Assembly (NCBI GenBank): GCA_028534125.1
Contig: CM052834.1
Span: 744,001 to 808,000 of the forward strand
Source: Lama glama
Lineage: Eukaryota
Length of the DNA stretch: 64,000 nucleotides
Direction of reading: 5' to 3'
Part shown: piece by piece, positions 1 through 12,989 of the stretch
Layout: each line of letters begins with the position of its first letter
Numbering within the stretch: the first letter of the stretch is position 1
Made by a program: the position numbers and the translations under genes
The notes under the pieces: generated by a model
What the model saw: only the letters and a program-made list of their open reading frames with translations
What the model was told of the DNA's origin: nothing
Database searches by the model: none

Positions 1-950
1 AGACAGGGGCTCTTCATCGCCTTAGACATCATCCCATCGTCAGCGTGTGCTGAGCTCTATTTGAGGTGGACACTGGATTTTATCACACGCTGCATTATTC
101 CTCAGCTGATTTACTGATGTGACATATTACAGTAATAAGTTTCCCAATATCCAACAGTCATTGAGTTCACTGGCTAGATCCCACCGAATTGAGTCCATGG
201 TGTTCAACTGGTTTTCGTCTGAGTGTATTCGTCAGATGGTTGTAAATTTGTCTCTCTGTGTGTGAGACATCATTGTTAGGACAATGTTACATTTGCTAAA
301 TAAATTTTAAAGTAAATTTTTAACTTTAATCTTTTTTTTGGCTTTCTGGAACAAATCACCCAAAGTTGAAATTCATATTTTCCCAGAAAGTTGCCATTGA
401 GATTTTCAAATTCCTAAGTACTCATTCTCTCAACCTTGAAGTCTCCTTTGTATACGCCACGTTTCATTATTCATTTTATTTTCTCTTCTTTTACTTCCAT
501 CTGTTCCAGAGGTCACCTAGCTTTTTGTTTCAGAGCACTGGCTCCCTGACATATTTATCAAGTCTGCTCTGACACTGTCCCTAAGTTAATTAACATCAAT
601 TTTATGCCAGCTTTCCTGCCTCACTTTGCTTCTACTGCGTCCCTTGTGCAGAACATAACTGGGTTTTATGTTTTCCCTTAAATCCGAGAGTCTTAGACTG
701 TTCGTAAGAAGAGCATTTAACACACCCACAGACTTCACCACAGTCGATGTGTCTGGCCCTTACTTTCGCCTTTGTATGTTGTTTCTGGATATTTTGTGCA
801 TGTTTATTTTCTTATTTTTTGTTTCATAGACTTTATCTTAGCCTCTTGGTGTTCTGAAGGTAGAAAGCTTGATTTTTACCCTTTGTGCTTGTCACACACA
901 CATCCCGCAGAACGTCTATAATTTAAGAACAAAACCCTCCTCACGGGCCC
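1..950 (-). mobile_element. Old, degraded L1 (L1M-type) remnant, antisense
   Basis: The only long AT/T-rich block in the window. 105-200 (gatttactgatgtgacatattacagtaataagtttcccaatatccaacagtc...gatcccacc) resembles antisense L1M ORF2 as I recall it. Boundaries approximate. Confidence 0.45.
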
Positions 951-1167
951 CTCGTCAAGACGAGTACACGTAACGTATTTAAATACGTGTAACCCCTGCT
1001 TTCTCCTAGGACCCGCTGTCTCCTGGCCCTTACTCACTCAATCTTAGATTATAGCTGCAGTTTCTTATCATACAATTATTTCTCCAAATAAATAAAGATA
1101 AATTCTAATTTCTATTTTGTAACCACAGTTAACACAGTTATTTTCATTAACAATATCAGTGGGGTTG

Positions 1168-1345
1168 ATAAGAGCTATAGTTTATCGGGCATCTGCTCTG
1201 TGCCAGGAGCCACACCAAGCTCTTTCCCTCTACCTTCTGCTTGATCTTTACCGACAGCCCACTTGTTCAGCGCAGCTCAGAAACGCTAAGTGAGGGCCGA
1301 CCGCCCGGCCATCAGCAGGGCGCGGGGCTGGGACCCCCCGCGGGT
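1168..1345 (-). mobile_element. MIR SINE, degraded
   Basis: agctatagtttatcgggcatctgctctgtgccagg...gctcagaaacgctaagtga...ggggctgggac follows the reverse complement of the MIR tail and core. Confidence 0.6.
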
Positions 1346-2717
1346 CTCGGTCAGGGAGCGCGTGCTCGATTTAAATGGTTTCACGTTCACCGTTGGTCCG
1401 TTTTGCACCATCCCAGAGCCCTTGATTTCGATCATTTCAGGCACCTGAAACATTAAGGATTAATTGACTTGTCTCAGGAGGAAGACGGGACCGGTCTACT
1501 TTCTGAGGCCGTGTGTTTCTTCCCGTCTTTATGACGCCTTCCACCTGAACTACACCGTACTTAACATCCAGTTCCCCAGGGGCCGTCGGCCGGCACACGT
1601 GCCTCTCAGTCCGCCTGCCCCCGTGGTGACAAGCCCCCTTGTCCGCTGATGAAGGCCCCTTACTGCTCTGTAAAGTGCAGTGTCTTTGCCAAGGTAAATT
1701 GCACCCCCGGGTATTTGGAAATTCTGAGGAAGCAGCAAGCATGTTGGTCTCCAGCACATTGAGTAAGACGTCAGTGTGGATCTCGTAAATATTTTTTTTT
1801 CGATTCAAGGCAGCAGTCCTCTCTCCCAACGGTGCGTCTTCAGCAAATTTGATGTGAGCTTTTTGCAGTTTCAGTGTAGGCGTGGGGACCAGGCGTGAGC
1901 TCCCTGGCCCTAAACCGGAGACCTCTCTCCAGACTGACGTCCATCTATTAACCCACATTCTCTGACCAGAGCCAGACAGTCCGGTACAAACCTATTTCTA
2001 TTCTTCCCCAAAGAAGTCGTGATAGATGGTCCTAAAGGCCTCGTTGAACCCAACACACTCTTAAGAATCCCTCTGAGCTAAGCTGAGCAACCCCACACAG
2101 AAAAGAAAACCCAGTTAACTCGACGTATCGGTCTCCTCCTAAAGCACGGACGTGCGTCTCCCCGGGACTCTGTTCGCAGAGTCCGCCCAGGAGAGGCACG
2201 AAGCTCACACCCGGAGAGCCTCTGGAGTCGCGAAAACAAAACGCCTGCCCTTCTGGTCCCCAGACCTGCTCCGTCACCTCACTGAGATCATGTCAGAAGC
2301 TCTACGAAAACACCCACCTCTGCGGGCTGAGCTGGCCGGGTTGGACTCTGACCCCTTAAGACAGGCAGGTCCCAGGCAGGGGTCTGTCCGTCTCCCCCGT
2401 AACGGCCTTGCCGGTGCTCAGGCCCGAGGCCAGCCTCACCGCTGGGGGCCGAGCCCCTCTCCCCAAGGCCTGGTCCCCACAGGGCCCCCACAGGTCTCCT
2501 ACTCTGCCCCTCTGCAGGGCCTGGTCTTGAACCAGCTCCCCTTTCACAGACTCGTGGAGCCACAAGACGGTCTCTTCTCGGCACTTCCTGGGACACCCTC
2601 TCCAGACGTCGGTGGCCGTGTGGCGTGAGCAGGAGCCCGAGGCGACCGGCCACTCTGGGCCAGGACGTCCCCACCCCACCAGCTCCTCCTCTTTGCTCAG
2701 AGCTGGTCCAGCCCGGG

Positions 2718-2765
2718 CCCCTCCTTTCTGAGAGCTGGACCCCTCCTTTCTGAGAGCTGGACCCC
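2718..2765. repeat. Perfect 22-bp tandem duplication (cccctcctttctgagagctgga x2)
   Basis: Identical units at 2718-2739 and 2740-2761, with a degenerate copy at about 2684-2709. Confidence 0.95.
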
Positions 2766-5227
2766 CGCTGGTCCACGCGGGGCGTCTTGAGCACTCTGCT
2801 TTTTAACTGGATGACGCTCCTGGCAGAAGCGAGATGACTCTGCCTCCCCACCTACTTTACCAGCTGTACTAAGAACTTGTTACTCACACCTCGGTTTACC
2901 TGCCCGACCGCGGGGCGTTCGCACACACAGCTCACACTCCTTCCTCTGGCTCCTGGTGAAGTCTGCGCGGGGGCTGGGGGGGGGCCCATGCTCAGGCGCC
3001 CGGGTTCCCACGGCAACGGGGCTGGCTGACGCCCACAGTCGCTTCAGCCGCCCCCCTGTCCCCTCTGCCCAGGCTCGAGTTGCGCACCAACACTCAGAGC
3101 CCCGCGAACACTGCGCTTCCCGTCCGCACTAAATGCCCTCCGTGCATTGTTGTGCATGCATCTCCTGTCATTATCTGTGTACGCCTTCCCCTAGAGACCT
3201 CCAGAGCCACCGGCTATGGAAGAAAAAAGGCTGAAGGGCGCAGCCACCCACCACCACTCTGATCTCACCTCTGCCAGGGGTCTGAGCACGCCCCCCAGAA
3301 GCAGGGGCCCTGGGGCCGGGGCTGGCACGGCGGGCTGAGGGCCGGGGCTGCCCTTGGAGGAGGCAGGACCTGTCCGTCCTCTCTGCCACCCCAGCTCTCA
3401 AAGCCCCGGGTCCCATGGCGGCCAGGCACTGAGCCGGGGTGGGCCTGACTGTTGTTTGAGCATCCCTGCCCGCGCCCCCAGCAGCTCACAGAGACACACA
3501 GACCCTCTTTATCCTCACGACCCCCACTCCTGCCTCTTCTCTCACCGAGGAGGATGAGGACCCCGGGCTGAAACAGTCCCCAGGGTACAACCCACAACCT
3601 CTTGCTCCCACATCATGCCGTCCCCACCCAGAGGTCGTGTCCAGAAGGAAGGCGGACTGACAGGCTGGGAAGCAGGGCGGGCAGTGGGGAGAGGACCGGA
3701 AGCTGGGCACCAGAAGGGGGAGGAGCTGTGGTGACGTCTCCCGCGACAGCTCTGATGGCCCCCTGAGCACAGGCTGGTAAGCTCTGCGCGATGGGCTATG
3801 GTGTCAGCGAACCAGCTCAAAATAATGTGGGGTTTACAAAACCAGGAATGTAGAAACGATGCAGAGGGGGAAGGATCGTTCCAGGTTTTCCCCGACCTTC
3901 CCCGTGCATCGTCGGGGCAGCCCGGGCGGATTTCCAGGAGAGCTGGAAGCCCTCCGAGGTGCTTGTCGCCCGGCCCCTCAGGAGCCCCCAGGGACACACA
4001 GGGCTGCGAGTCGGCCCAGGGGCGGGGGGTCGGGGCACCCCCCTGGGAGCCGAGGTGCGAACATGCGGGGTTTCAAGATCTCACTCCTGATGGAAGAAGA
4101 CATTCGTCTCGGCTGCCTGCCACCGGCTCCCCCGGGCCAGTGTCACCTCCGACTAACAGCCTCTTGCAGCCCTGGGAGGGTTTTCATGAAGGAACTTCTT
4201 TTATGTAGGTTCCCTGAGGGTGAGAAACCGTGTCTCACCAACCGGTTCACACCTGGGGAGGGAGGGGGAGGCTCCCCAGGCTGCCTGGGCTGGTGACGTG
4301 CACCAGGGGCCCCCTTGCCCACTTGCCCCACTCGCCCCCCCCGCCTTGCTACCCCGTCTGCAGCCGCAGGAGAGAGAGGGGCACAGGCCCCACCCTGGGT
4401 CTTGTGGAAACAAACGTGCTTAGCCTGTAAAAGTCCACTTTCTCAATAACAGTACCACGTACCCACTGCACACTCCACGTGAAAGCATGATGAGACCTGG
4501 TCTCTGCCTTCAGGAAGGTAACGGTCCCCTCGGGGAGGATGGACCCCCCCACCCCTGCCCAGGAGGAGACTACAGTAAGCCCTGAATGGGGCAACCTTGA
4601 AGTAAACCCAGTGAGATGGCAAGGAACGGCTGGAGTGGGGGACGGCTCCAAGGAGGAGAAAGGACGTCTGTGGGCCACGGACACAGGTCGGGTCCAGAGG
4701 ACGGGGCGGGGGGTGCCCCTTCCATGTCTGATGCACACGAGACGCCCCGAGCTCGCACCACGGCACATGCTCTACTTTTGGGCCCGGCTCTGACACTAAG
4801 ACCCCCCACCCAGCCCTCGAGCGACAGCAGGGCATCCCGCCCTCAACCCCCTCCCCCTCCCCCAGAGCCAGCACAGCGCCGGGGCCAGGCAGACACGCAC
4901 ACACACACAGCACTTTTAAACACCCAGACTGGGCTTGGCGTCGACCAGACACCTCCCAGGTAGGACATCCAATACTTAAGAGCAGCCTGTGAGGTGGACA
5001 TTGTCACTCTGACTGACACGTGAGGACACGGGGACCCTGGAGGATGACCTGGTCCAGGGCCCAGCTGGTCAGAGGCAGAGCTGGAGTCACACCTGTCTGT
5101 GCCCCTCCCGGTGCTGCTAGGTTGGAGGCCCACTGCGCTGACAATTCAGCAGTGGCATTGTTGTTTGGGCTGCCCATGGCCTTTGACCTTCGTTCTAACC
5201 ATCTGAGCCAGCTCACCTAGAATTCAC

Positions 5228-5667
5228 GTGTGACTATGAGGATTTGGTTCAGCTGCATAAACTTCACAACAATGATTATGGCTTTATTTTTTCACTCAGA
5301 TAAAGCTGCCTAAAGGCGGGTGGGCTGGGACAGCAGCTGCATGGTCACTGAGACTCAGGTTCCCCATCCTCAAGGTCTGGCTTCCAAAGCATGGCCTAAT
5401 ATGGCTGCCAGAACTCCAGCCATTACAGCTGCATTCCAGGAAACATGGAGGAGGAAGGAAGGGAGAAAAAAGGCTCTTCCATCTCCTTATGGAGCTTCAT
5501 TAAATTACAGCACACAAGTTTTCTCTCTTATTGGCTGGAAATTGTCACTAAACCTTACAGGACATGGAAAATTCTAGTCTTGTTAGCCTTTGTGGCAACG
5601 TGACCAGATAGAGATCAGGGTTCAGATACTAAGGGGGAAGGCTAGGCCAGGTGCCAGGGAGACAACT
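5228..5667 (-). mobile_element. ERVL-MaLR solo LTR, MLT1J/K/L-like
   Basis: Diagnostic atggctgccagaactccagccattacagctgcattccagg and tctcttattggctggaaattgtcac match antisense old MLT1 LTRs. Confidence 0.75.
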
Positions 5668-5985
5668 TGAAAGTTTTCATATACAATTCCATGATTATTT
5701 TTTAAGTGTCAGGGTGTGGATGGTCTCCAACAGCTCAGAAGCAAAGTTAGTAATTTCCATTGGAGCCCACCTGCCCGCCTGCCCACCTGCCTTCTCTCCC
5801 TCCCTGCTTCCTTCCTTCCTTCCTTCCCAACACCACTACAGTCTGGAACTCCACAGGGATAAAGCAAATAAGGCCACGAAACAATGGCCCCTCCCCCAAC
5901 ATTCCCACTCTCCCCGCGAACAGCATGCCGTGGTTCCAGGCTCCACGTTTAATCCAAGACCAAAGCCCAGGCTCGTAGTCAGTAC

Positions 5986-6001
5986 GCTGCCACCAAGTGG
6001 A
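5986..6001 (-). promoter_or_regulatory. Candidate CTCF motif
   Basis: Minus strand TCCACTTGGTGGCAGC, one mismatch to CCACTAGGTGGCAG. Motif match only. Confidence 0.45.
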
Positions 6002-7121
6002 AGAAAGCTTGTCCGTGGTCCCCGTGGCGAGCGGCAGGGTTACCGGAGACCGGCGCATCCGTGTAAACTCCTGCCCATCCCACCCCCGAGACAGGTGGCA
6101 CAAAGTCAAGCATCACGGAATGTAAAATGCTCCTCCATGAAATTGTCTCCCCGGCCCTGCAATTCCTCAGGCGGCCAGCAGAGGCAGGACGGAGGGCAGG
6201 GCAGCTCCAGCTCCGCAGCTTGGGGAGCAGAGACGTGGGGGGAGGAGGAGGAGGAACCCCAGGGCGGGGGGCAGGGCCCCGGCTCCCGACTCCCAGGCTC
6301 TGTCCACTCCAGCCCCCAGACCAGCAGCAGGGTTTCGAGGGGCTGCCGGTGCTGGACACTCCCCAAGGCTGCTGCCCAGGATGCGGTCACTGCCCTGAGA
6401 CATCAAGGACAGACGTGGCCCCTTGGGGCAAGAGCCTGAGCACGGCCGGTCCACATGGGCCGGGAGCCGGCAGGACGCTGGACGGGCGCCCAGAAAGCCT
6501 GGCGGGTAGTGGCAGAGCCATGCACACTGCTGGGAGGACACAGGGAGTTTGGGGCAGTGTCGTCTGCTTCTCTGGGTACCGGCCCTCGGTCCTTGGTGAG
6601 CCAAGCAGGAGACCCTCCAGGGGGCTCTGTTCATACATGCCAAACCAGGAGACCTGGGCGCACCCAGGAAATGTGCCAGGGGTGTGGGTGCTGCGGTCCA
6701 GCACTGATGTGGGGACAGTCAGGGAACGGTGGGTCAGCTGGCTCACACACAAGCCTCCTTCACACCCAGCGCCGTCTCGCACAGGGAGGCCCTGGTGGGG
6801 GCTCCCGTGACCCACCTCTAAGGTCACCACCCGCTGCACCCTCACGCTCCCCTCTGCCCACCTCAAGCGTCTTTCCTTCTCTGCTGCAAACTGGGAGCCA
6901 GCTAATCTCCAGCCTCCAGACCCTCACCCTCCACAGACGTGACGCCTGTACTGGGCCACCTGCCAGCCGCTCCCCTCCCAGGGGACCCCCCGTCACCCGC
7001 CGTCCTCTCCCAGCACATCAGCCATTTTCACGCCTTCCTCCAAAAGTCTGCAAACCTCTCCTGTCCTCCCCACGTGTCTTTGTTCCCAGTTCTCCCCTTG
7101 AACAGTTTGTCTTGTGAGACT

Positions 7122-7142
7122 AAAAAAAAAAAAAAAAAAAAA
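7122..7142 (+). repeat. Poly(A)21 tract
   Basis: Uninterrupted run of 21 A. Confidence 0.95.
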
Positions 7143-10100
7143 TCCCTGCTCCAAAAGAATACGAAGGCTATTTTGACAGGATTAATTTAAGAAACCTCCC
7201 CGCAGCCTCGCAGAAACCCGGAAAGAGGGCAGGCTGCTCAGGAAAGTCTCAGGAAGGACCTGCAAGGAAGACGCCATCCCAGAAGTTTCTGGGTGCTTGC
7301 TAAGGAAGCAAGGCGAGTGCTCGGGGCTGGGGTCCACTTGATGGGACCCACCAGCGCGCCGGGACAGACCACTGAGCTTCCTAGCAGAGCCCAGGGCGGG
7401 AACCCCGGCAGGCGGAGGGAGGGGTGCGGGCGGCGGGTGGTCTCCATGACCTGCGTCATGGTGACACTGTCCATCACCAGCACGGAGTCCCTTTGGAGAC
7501 CTTTGAGGGATACAGTCTCTTAAGAAAGGTCACCTGTGTGGGGACGAAGGGGACAGACGTCAGGGCTGACCTGCTTCTCTGAGGGCAGGAAGAGGGCCAA
7601 CGGCAGCCCAGGGAGGAGAGGGCGGCGGAGGAGGGAGGAGACTGTCCGCAGCTGCAGGGGCTGGGCAGCCAGGCCTCCCGCCAGCCAGGAGGGCCCGTGC
7701 AGCTTCGCCGAGGAGGCTGGGAAGTGGGCACCGGGCTCCCAGCAGCTCCCGGAGGCGACCGCACAGCACCGCCAGGAGGCTGAGGGCTGCTCACACCCAC
7801 CCCTGCCGCCCACCGCCGCCCACGGTCGGCCCGACGGCGCAGCTTCCAGAAAGGAGCTCCGAATTTGGCACGTCTCTCTCTCTGAGTCCTTTTTAGGTGC
7901 TATTTTGGTCTTCCAGCTGAACTGGCGCTTGCCAGTTGCTCATTCCCAGGACTGGGGGCCCTGAGTCGGGGGGCCACAGCTGATCCCGGCCCCACCCCTC
8001 CTCAGCCGCGTCCCTGAGTCTGCGTCGCTCAGCCTCCAGCTCTGGGTCCCATGAAAGGAAGGGGCTGTAATGAGACTTGAAAGACATGATGTAACCACCT
8101 GCCAAGAAATGGAGGCTGAGCGCGGCCGTGGGTGTCTCCACACCGGCCACACGGATGGCGAGCCCGAGAGACGGAGGAGGGAGGGGGGCCCACGGGGTGG
8201 GCCCCAGGCCCTGGGAGAGCGGCGGCCCCGGGGGCCTGCACCTGTAGTCTCCTCTCCCGAGACGCGCGCTGGCTGGGGCAGTTCAGACGCGACGGTGGTG
8301 ACGCCCACGGGCAAGTGCGGGGTGGTGAGTCGTGTTTCCTTGTCAGGGAGAACACCAGCACCAAACACGCCGGCCCCTCTCCCTGCGGCTCAGACCCCAG
8401 AGGGGCCCCACAGCTCACCTGCTCGCTCGCCTCTCGGTTCCCTGATTAGTGACGACACCTGGGCCCGAGAGACGCCGCTCAGGGAGGAAAGGGCCCCCAG
8501 AGACAAACGAACTGGCCTGAATGCCCCATAACAGGCCCGTCCTCAAGGCGGCCGAGGGGAGACAAGGGCTGTGTCTGCCTCCCGCGTGGCCGACACACCG
8601 CTCTGGCTTTCTGGGCAGTTCCACACCCATGTCCGCCCTCACGGGGGACAGAAATGCCAGCTGCCGCCAAGCCAGGGGCTCCTCCTGTCATTTTGGATCT
8701 GCCGGAAACCAGAGAGACGAGGGGAGCGACAGGTCACGGCGGGCGGAACGGACCAGCTAGTCCTGACGAGAGGGAAGCTCCGATCCCACCGTGTCTGATT
8801 TTGGGTCTGGTCAGTGAGAGACCACACTCCAAGGCGGTTCAAAAACACCCAGGCCAACGGCCTCGTGTTCCCAAGACCCCACGAGGAGGACGGCAGGACG
8901 GGTGGGCACTGCGTCTCTGAGAAGAGGGGGGACAGGAAGCAGCCACTCCGGCCATGGGGCCCTGGGCCGGGACGCGGTCCCTCGGGGCTCTGCCGGGTAG
9001 GGATGCTGAAGCCGCGTGGAGGGCATGGCCCATTTCCCAGAGGCACAGGAGTGCCCCAGCCCAGCCCTGCCCAGAGCAGGGATGCATCACTCCCACGGAC
9101 AGGTGCAGCCAGGCTGTGGGCCTGGGGCACGAGGGTCGTGGACATGTCCTTCCCGGGCAGGGACGCAGGGTGGGGACAACACTCTCCCCCAGCCACACTT
9201 CCTCGTGCACAGAAGTCAGGCTGCGGTGGGTCTGCCTTCAGGGCCTCGCCTGCAGGCGTGGGGCAGATGCGGAGAGCGCAGGGTTTTCTGGCCCCGGTGT
9301 GGTCCACACGGCCGGCGCTCCTCCGACGTGGGCTGTCCTGTGCCAAAGGACGTTCCGCCCGTGTCCCCACCAGGCGGGGAGGGAGTGGGCCCCAGCGCTG
9401 GTCTCGTCCGCCCAGGACACACTTCTCACTGCCCCAGCCAGGAGGAGCGCAGCCCAGGGCACGATCGCCAGGGTCTGGCTAGATTCTCAGTCCCTTTTAA
9501 ACAGAACCCCCCTCCCACTGGCGGCGCGATGAGGACCACATGGCGCGCTAGGTCCCCGGCTGGCGGCTTTGCCCGCTCTTGTGGAGAAAGATTATCAAGC
9601 CCCAGGCAGGTGGCTGGAGAGCCTCCCCAAGACACCGCAGGAGCACGAAGGTTCTGCTCTTCAGCCCCTGCTGTGCTGGCTTCGGAGGCCCTCGGGTGAG
9701 GGGAACGGCGATGCCAGGGCTGCGGCCCTGGGGGATGCGGGGTGGTGTCCGGGGGTTTAACCACACAGAGCTGACGGGAAGGGGGCTCCGCCATTCGGGA
9801 GCTTCCGGGAAACTGGCTCCATCCATTCCTTCCTGACAGCCCCTCCCCCCTCCACGGCCGCGTTTCAGAAGCAGCCCCCAAACCCACCATCTTCACCGGC
9901 TCCCCAGCCCTGCAGCGGTCCCACGTCTCCTTCCTCTGATCCTGTGAACACAGGCAGACTGACCGCTCGAGGACACGACCAGCATTGTTCGATGTGTCCT
10001 TTCCCCCCACGCCCTGCATTGTGACACCGAGACGCTGTGACCCCACTTCAGGTCCGGGGGTCGTGGCCCCACCACCCTGGCCCCGCTCCCTGCTTCCCTC

Positions 10101-10744
10101 CACGCGGCTCTGCTCCGGCCGCGTGGGGCTGATCGTCACCCCCGGCGGGTCTGTCGTCCTGGCCCCGAACCCGCTTCATCTCCCCGCCTTCAAACCCAGC
10201 TCCACTTCCTCCAGGCCGTGTCGCGTGCGCTCCCTGATGGCCGCCCCGGGGGCTGCTGATGGTCGGACCCCTCCTCCCTGGGACCCTTTGGGCTTTGCTG
10301 TGTTCAAAGCAGGCCGTCTCCACCCGGTTCTCTGGGGAGCCTGGCCATTCCCAGGGCTCCCGGGCCTGGTACTGAGTGTGAGGACCACTTCCGGGAGGGT
10401 AATCAAGGCGGCGGTGCAGACAAGTCCCTGGACTAGGAGTGGGTGCAGGGGCAGAGCCAATGAGGCGCAGGTCCCCAGCTGCCCCGAGGCACCGCAGACA
10501 CCAGGGCCGCTGCCCAGACTGACTCAGGCTGAGGAACCCACCGTCCACGCCCCTCCGAGGTCCCGCCCAGCTGCCAGGGTTCAGCTACCGTCTTCTCTGG
10601 GACCTGAGCTCTCGGCGTCCCGGCCGCAGGATCTGGGCCTCGCTCTCCTCACCGGCCACCTCAGTAGGACCCCCAACACCTGACTGCCTCGTACGTAGCA
10701 AGTGCTCCACCCCCCCCCCCACAGAAATAGCCCTCAGTCCCTTC

Positions 10745-10845
10745 ACTCGTGTCACAGTCTTACCTGACCCTGGCCGCTGCCCGGAGACAGGCAGTGTGGA
10801 CGTGGCTACCCAGCTTCACCGACGGGCTACACCGAGGGTCAGAGC
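10745..10845 (-). mobile_element. MIR fragment, heavily GC-shifted
   Basis: cccagcttcaccgacgggctacaccgagggtcagag resembles the antisense MIR core ccccattttacagatgaggaaactgaggctcagag. Confidence 0.4.
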
Positions 10846-11980
10846 CCCCCCATCACACCGAGGCCCGGCCGGGGCTGGTCCCGCGCGAGTTCTCTTTCCC
10901 CATCACTCAAGTGTCCACAGAACCCAACCCCCAACGGACAGCCTGGCGCTTGCTCGGTGGCCTTTGGGGTAACAAGTGCCCCCAGGACAGGGAATGGGGC
11001 TCCTGGTGGCAAAGGTGGGGGCCCAGCAGGACAGGGAATCCCCAAACCCTGCAGAGTCGTCAGCTCCCCTTTCACCAGCCCTCCCGCAGCCCACACGCAC
11101 CAGATGCAGGCGGCCTGCTCCCTGTGATTGATGAAGACCTTTTTAACTTAAGAATTTAATTACAGGGGAGCTGCATTCCCTGAGGGCCCGCCAAGTGAGT
11201 TCTCACCACACAGGCCTCCTGACAGCCCCAGGCAGCCGGGGCCTGCAGCTGAGCGGGGGAGCAGGACAAGAGGGTGACAGCCGCACGCTCGGGGGCCGCG
11301 CCTCGGGAGGGGGCTCTGGGTGTCGGGTGGGCGTCTAACCTGAGGGCTCCGCACGCTGGCCACCTTCTCACTGAGAGGCCGTGCTGCCTTCAGGGTGAAA
11401 GTCAGACGTTTCAGCCAACACGCTGCGGGTGAGGCCGCGCCGCACAGGCGGGCTCTGGGGACCAGGCGCCCGGTGGGGCTGGAGGGAAGCCGCTCCGTCC
11501 TCGAGCCTCCCTGGGGAGGGGAGGCCTCTTCCTGCCCCAGCTGCCCTGCTGGATGACTTCTGGGCCTGGGAGTGTGGGAAAGGCGGGGTGGGTGGTGTGC
11601 TGGGGTTTGGGGACGGGAAAGGGACCCTCCAAGGGAACACAGGACTGCAGGTCCTACAAGGAAGCGTGTGCTCTTGGGGGCCAGCTCCAGTGTGCCCCAG
11701 CCGGCACCGGCACGGGAGCCGGTCACCGCGGAGGCTCTCAGCAGAGGTGAGTGGGGCTCAAGGCAGCAGGATCGGCCGGTCCCCCCGGCCTGGCCCCCCA
11801 ACATCATATTCACTCAGTCCACAAAGCAGCCGCTCACCTGGCAGCTCGAGCCACCCCTGAGGAGGGAAGGAGCAGAGGAGGCAGGGCCAGGCCCGGGAGT
11901 GAGCCCTCAGCCCCACACGCCAACCACACCACCTGGGGGCCCGGACGTGGCCGCGAGGACCCAGCTGTCTGCGCTGGCCC

Positions 11981-12016
11981 GGGACCCAGGACACAGGACT
12001 CAGGACCCAGGACGCA
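11981..12016. repeat. Heptamer tandem repeat (GGACNCA)5
   Basis: ggaccca ggacaca ggactca ggaccca ggacgca. Confidence 0.85.
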
Positions 12017-12070
12017 GAGGGACGGGGAGGAATCAGGGGTGTCAGGGGCTGGGGTGGGGCCGCTTCTCAG

Positions 12071-12249
12071 CAGAGACTCTCAGCCACGCGTGAGTCTGTG
12101 CTCCAGAGCCCCGGGGACGACGGGCCGTGTCTGGAGACACTTTGGTTGTCACACTGGGGGAGGGGCTGCTACTGGCATCTAGGGGTTGAAGCAGAGAAGC
12201 GGCACATGCCTCACAGTGAGAATGTCAGGAGGGCCACGGAGAAACCTTG
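12071..12249 (+). mobile_element. MER20 (hAT-Charlie) DNA transposon fossil, internally deleted
   Basis: tgtctggagacactttggttgtcacactgggggaggggctgctactggcatctagggg closely matches the MER20 core. Both termini are recognisable (cagagactctcagcc ... gagaaaccttg). Confidence 0.9.
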
Positions 12250-12989
12250 AACCAGATGACCTGGGAGTTCCTTTAGCAGCTGCGGCCAGAAAGGCCCGCA
12301 GGAGCAGCGGAGGGCTGGGCTGGGCAGCCTGTGGCCTGAGTGTGCGACCAGGATACGGGTGCTTAAAGGAGCCTCGCCATCCTTGGCAGGCTCTGCAGGT
12401 GCCGTCCAGCAGACGACTGTGGAGGGAGGGAGGAGGGAAGGAGGGAGGGGCACCGGGCGGTGTCCAGGAACTGGGAGGCTGCGGGCCGGGGAGCATGGCT
12501 GGGTGGGGGGCCTGGCGAGGGGCAGAGCCCGGCGCGCACAGGAGGAGGGCTGAAGACAGGGACACTCACTGTCCAGCAGCCAAGTCTGGAGGGAGTGTGT
12601 CCCCGTTTAAGGGCGTACCCAGCCATCCAATGAGCCATCTGGGCACTTGGGCTGGTCAGTTCCCTGAAACAACCAGCCGCCAGGAGGGGTACTTCCTCCT
12701 CCGCATCCTCCCATTTGGGGAGCTCAGGCCGGTTCTCCCTGCTCCATCTTCCCTACTTCCACGGGAAAGGCGGGGTGCACAGTGGCCACGGCAGACTCCA
12801 GAGCCAGGTTCAAACCCCGGGCTGGTCACCGGCTCTCTCCTCCCCACCTCAGCGGCAGAAGCGAAGTGGGGGGGGGGCTCTCTGGCTGGCTCAGGGCGGG
12901 GCAGCGAGGAGGAACTCCCCAGGAGCCACCAAAAAGGGCGTTTCTGGGAGGAAGCAGCCACTCACCAGTTTCCCGACATGAGTCCCAAG

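Noticed and set aside
7060-7145. Poly(A)21 as the tail of a retrogene or SINE
   Set aside because: No upstream AATAAA, no recognisable SINE or coding body, and no TSD found.
10758-10770. Strong minus-strand donor CAG|GTAAGA (similar ones at 15406 and, on plus, 19604)
   Set aside because: They lie in probable MIR, L1 or L2 remnants and lack a matching acceptor.
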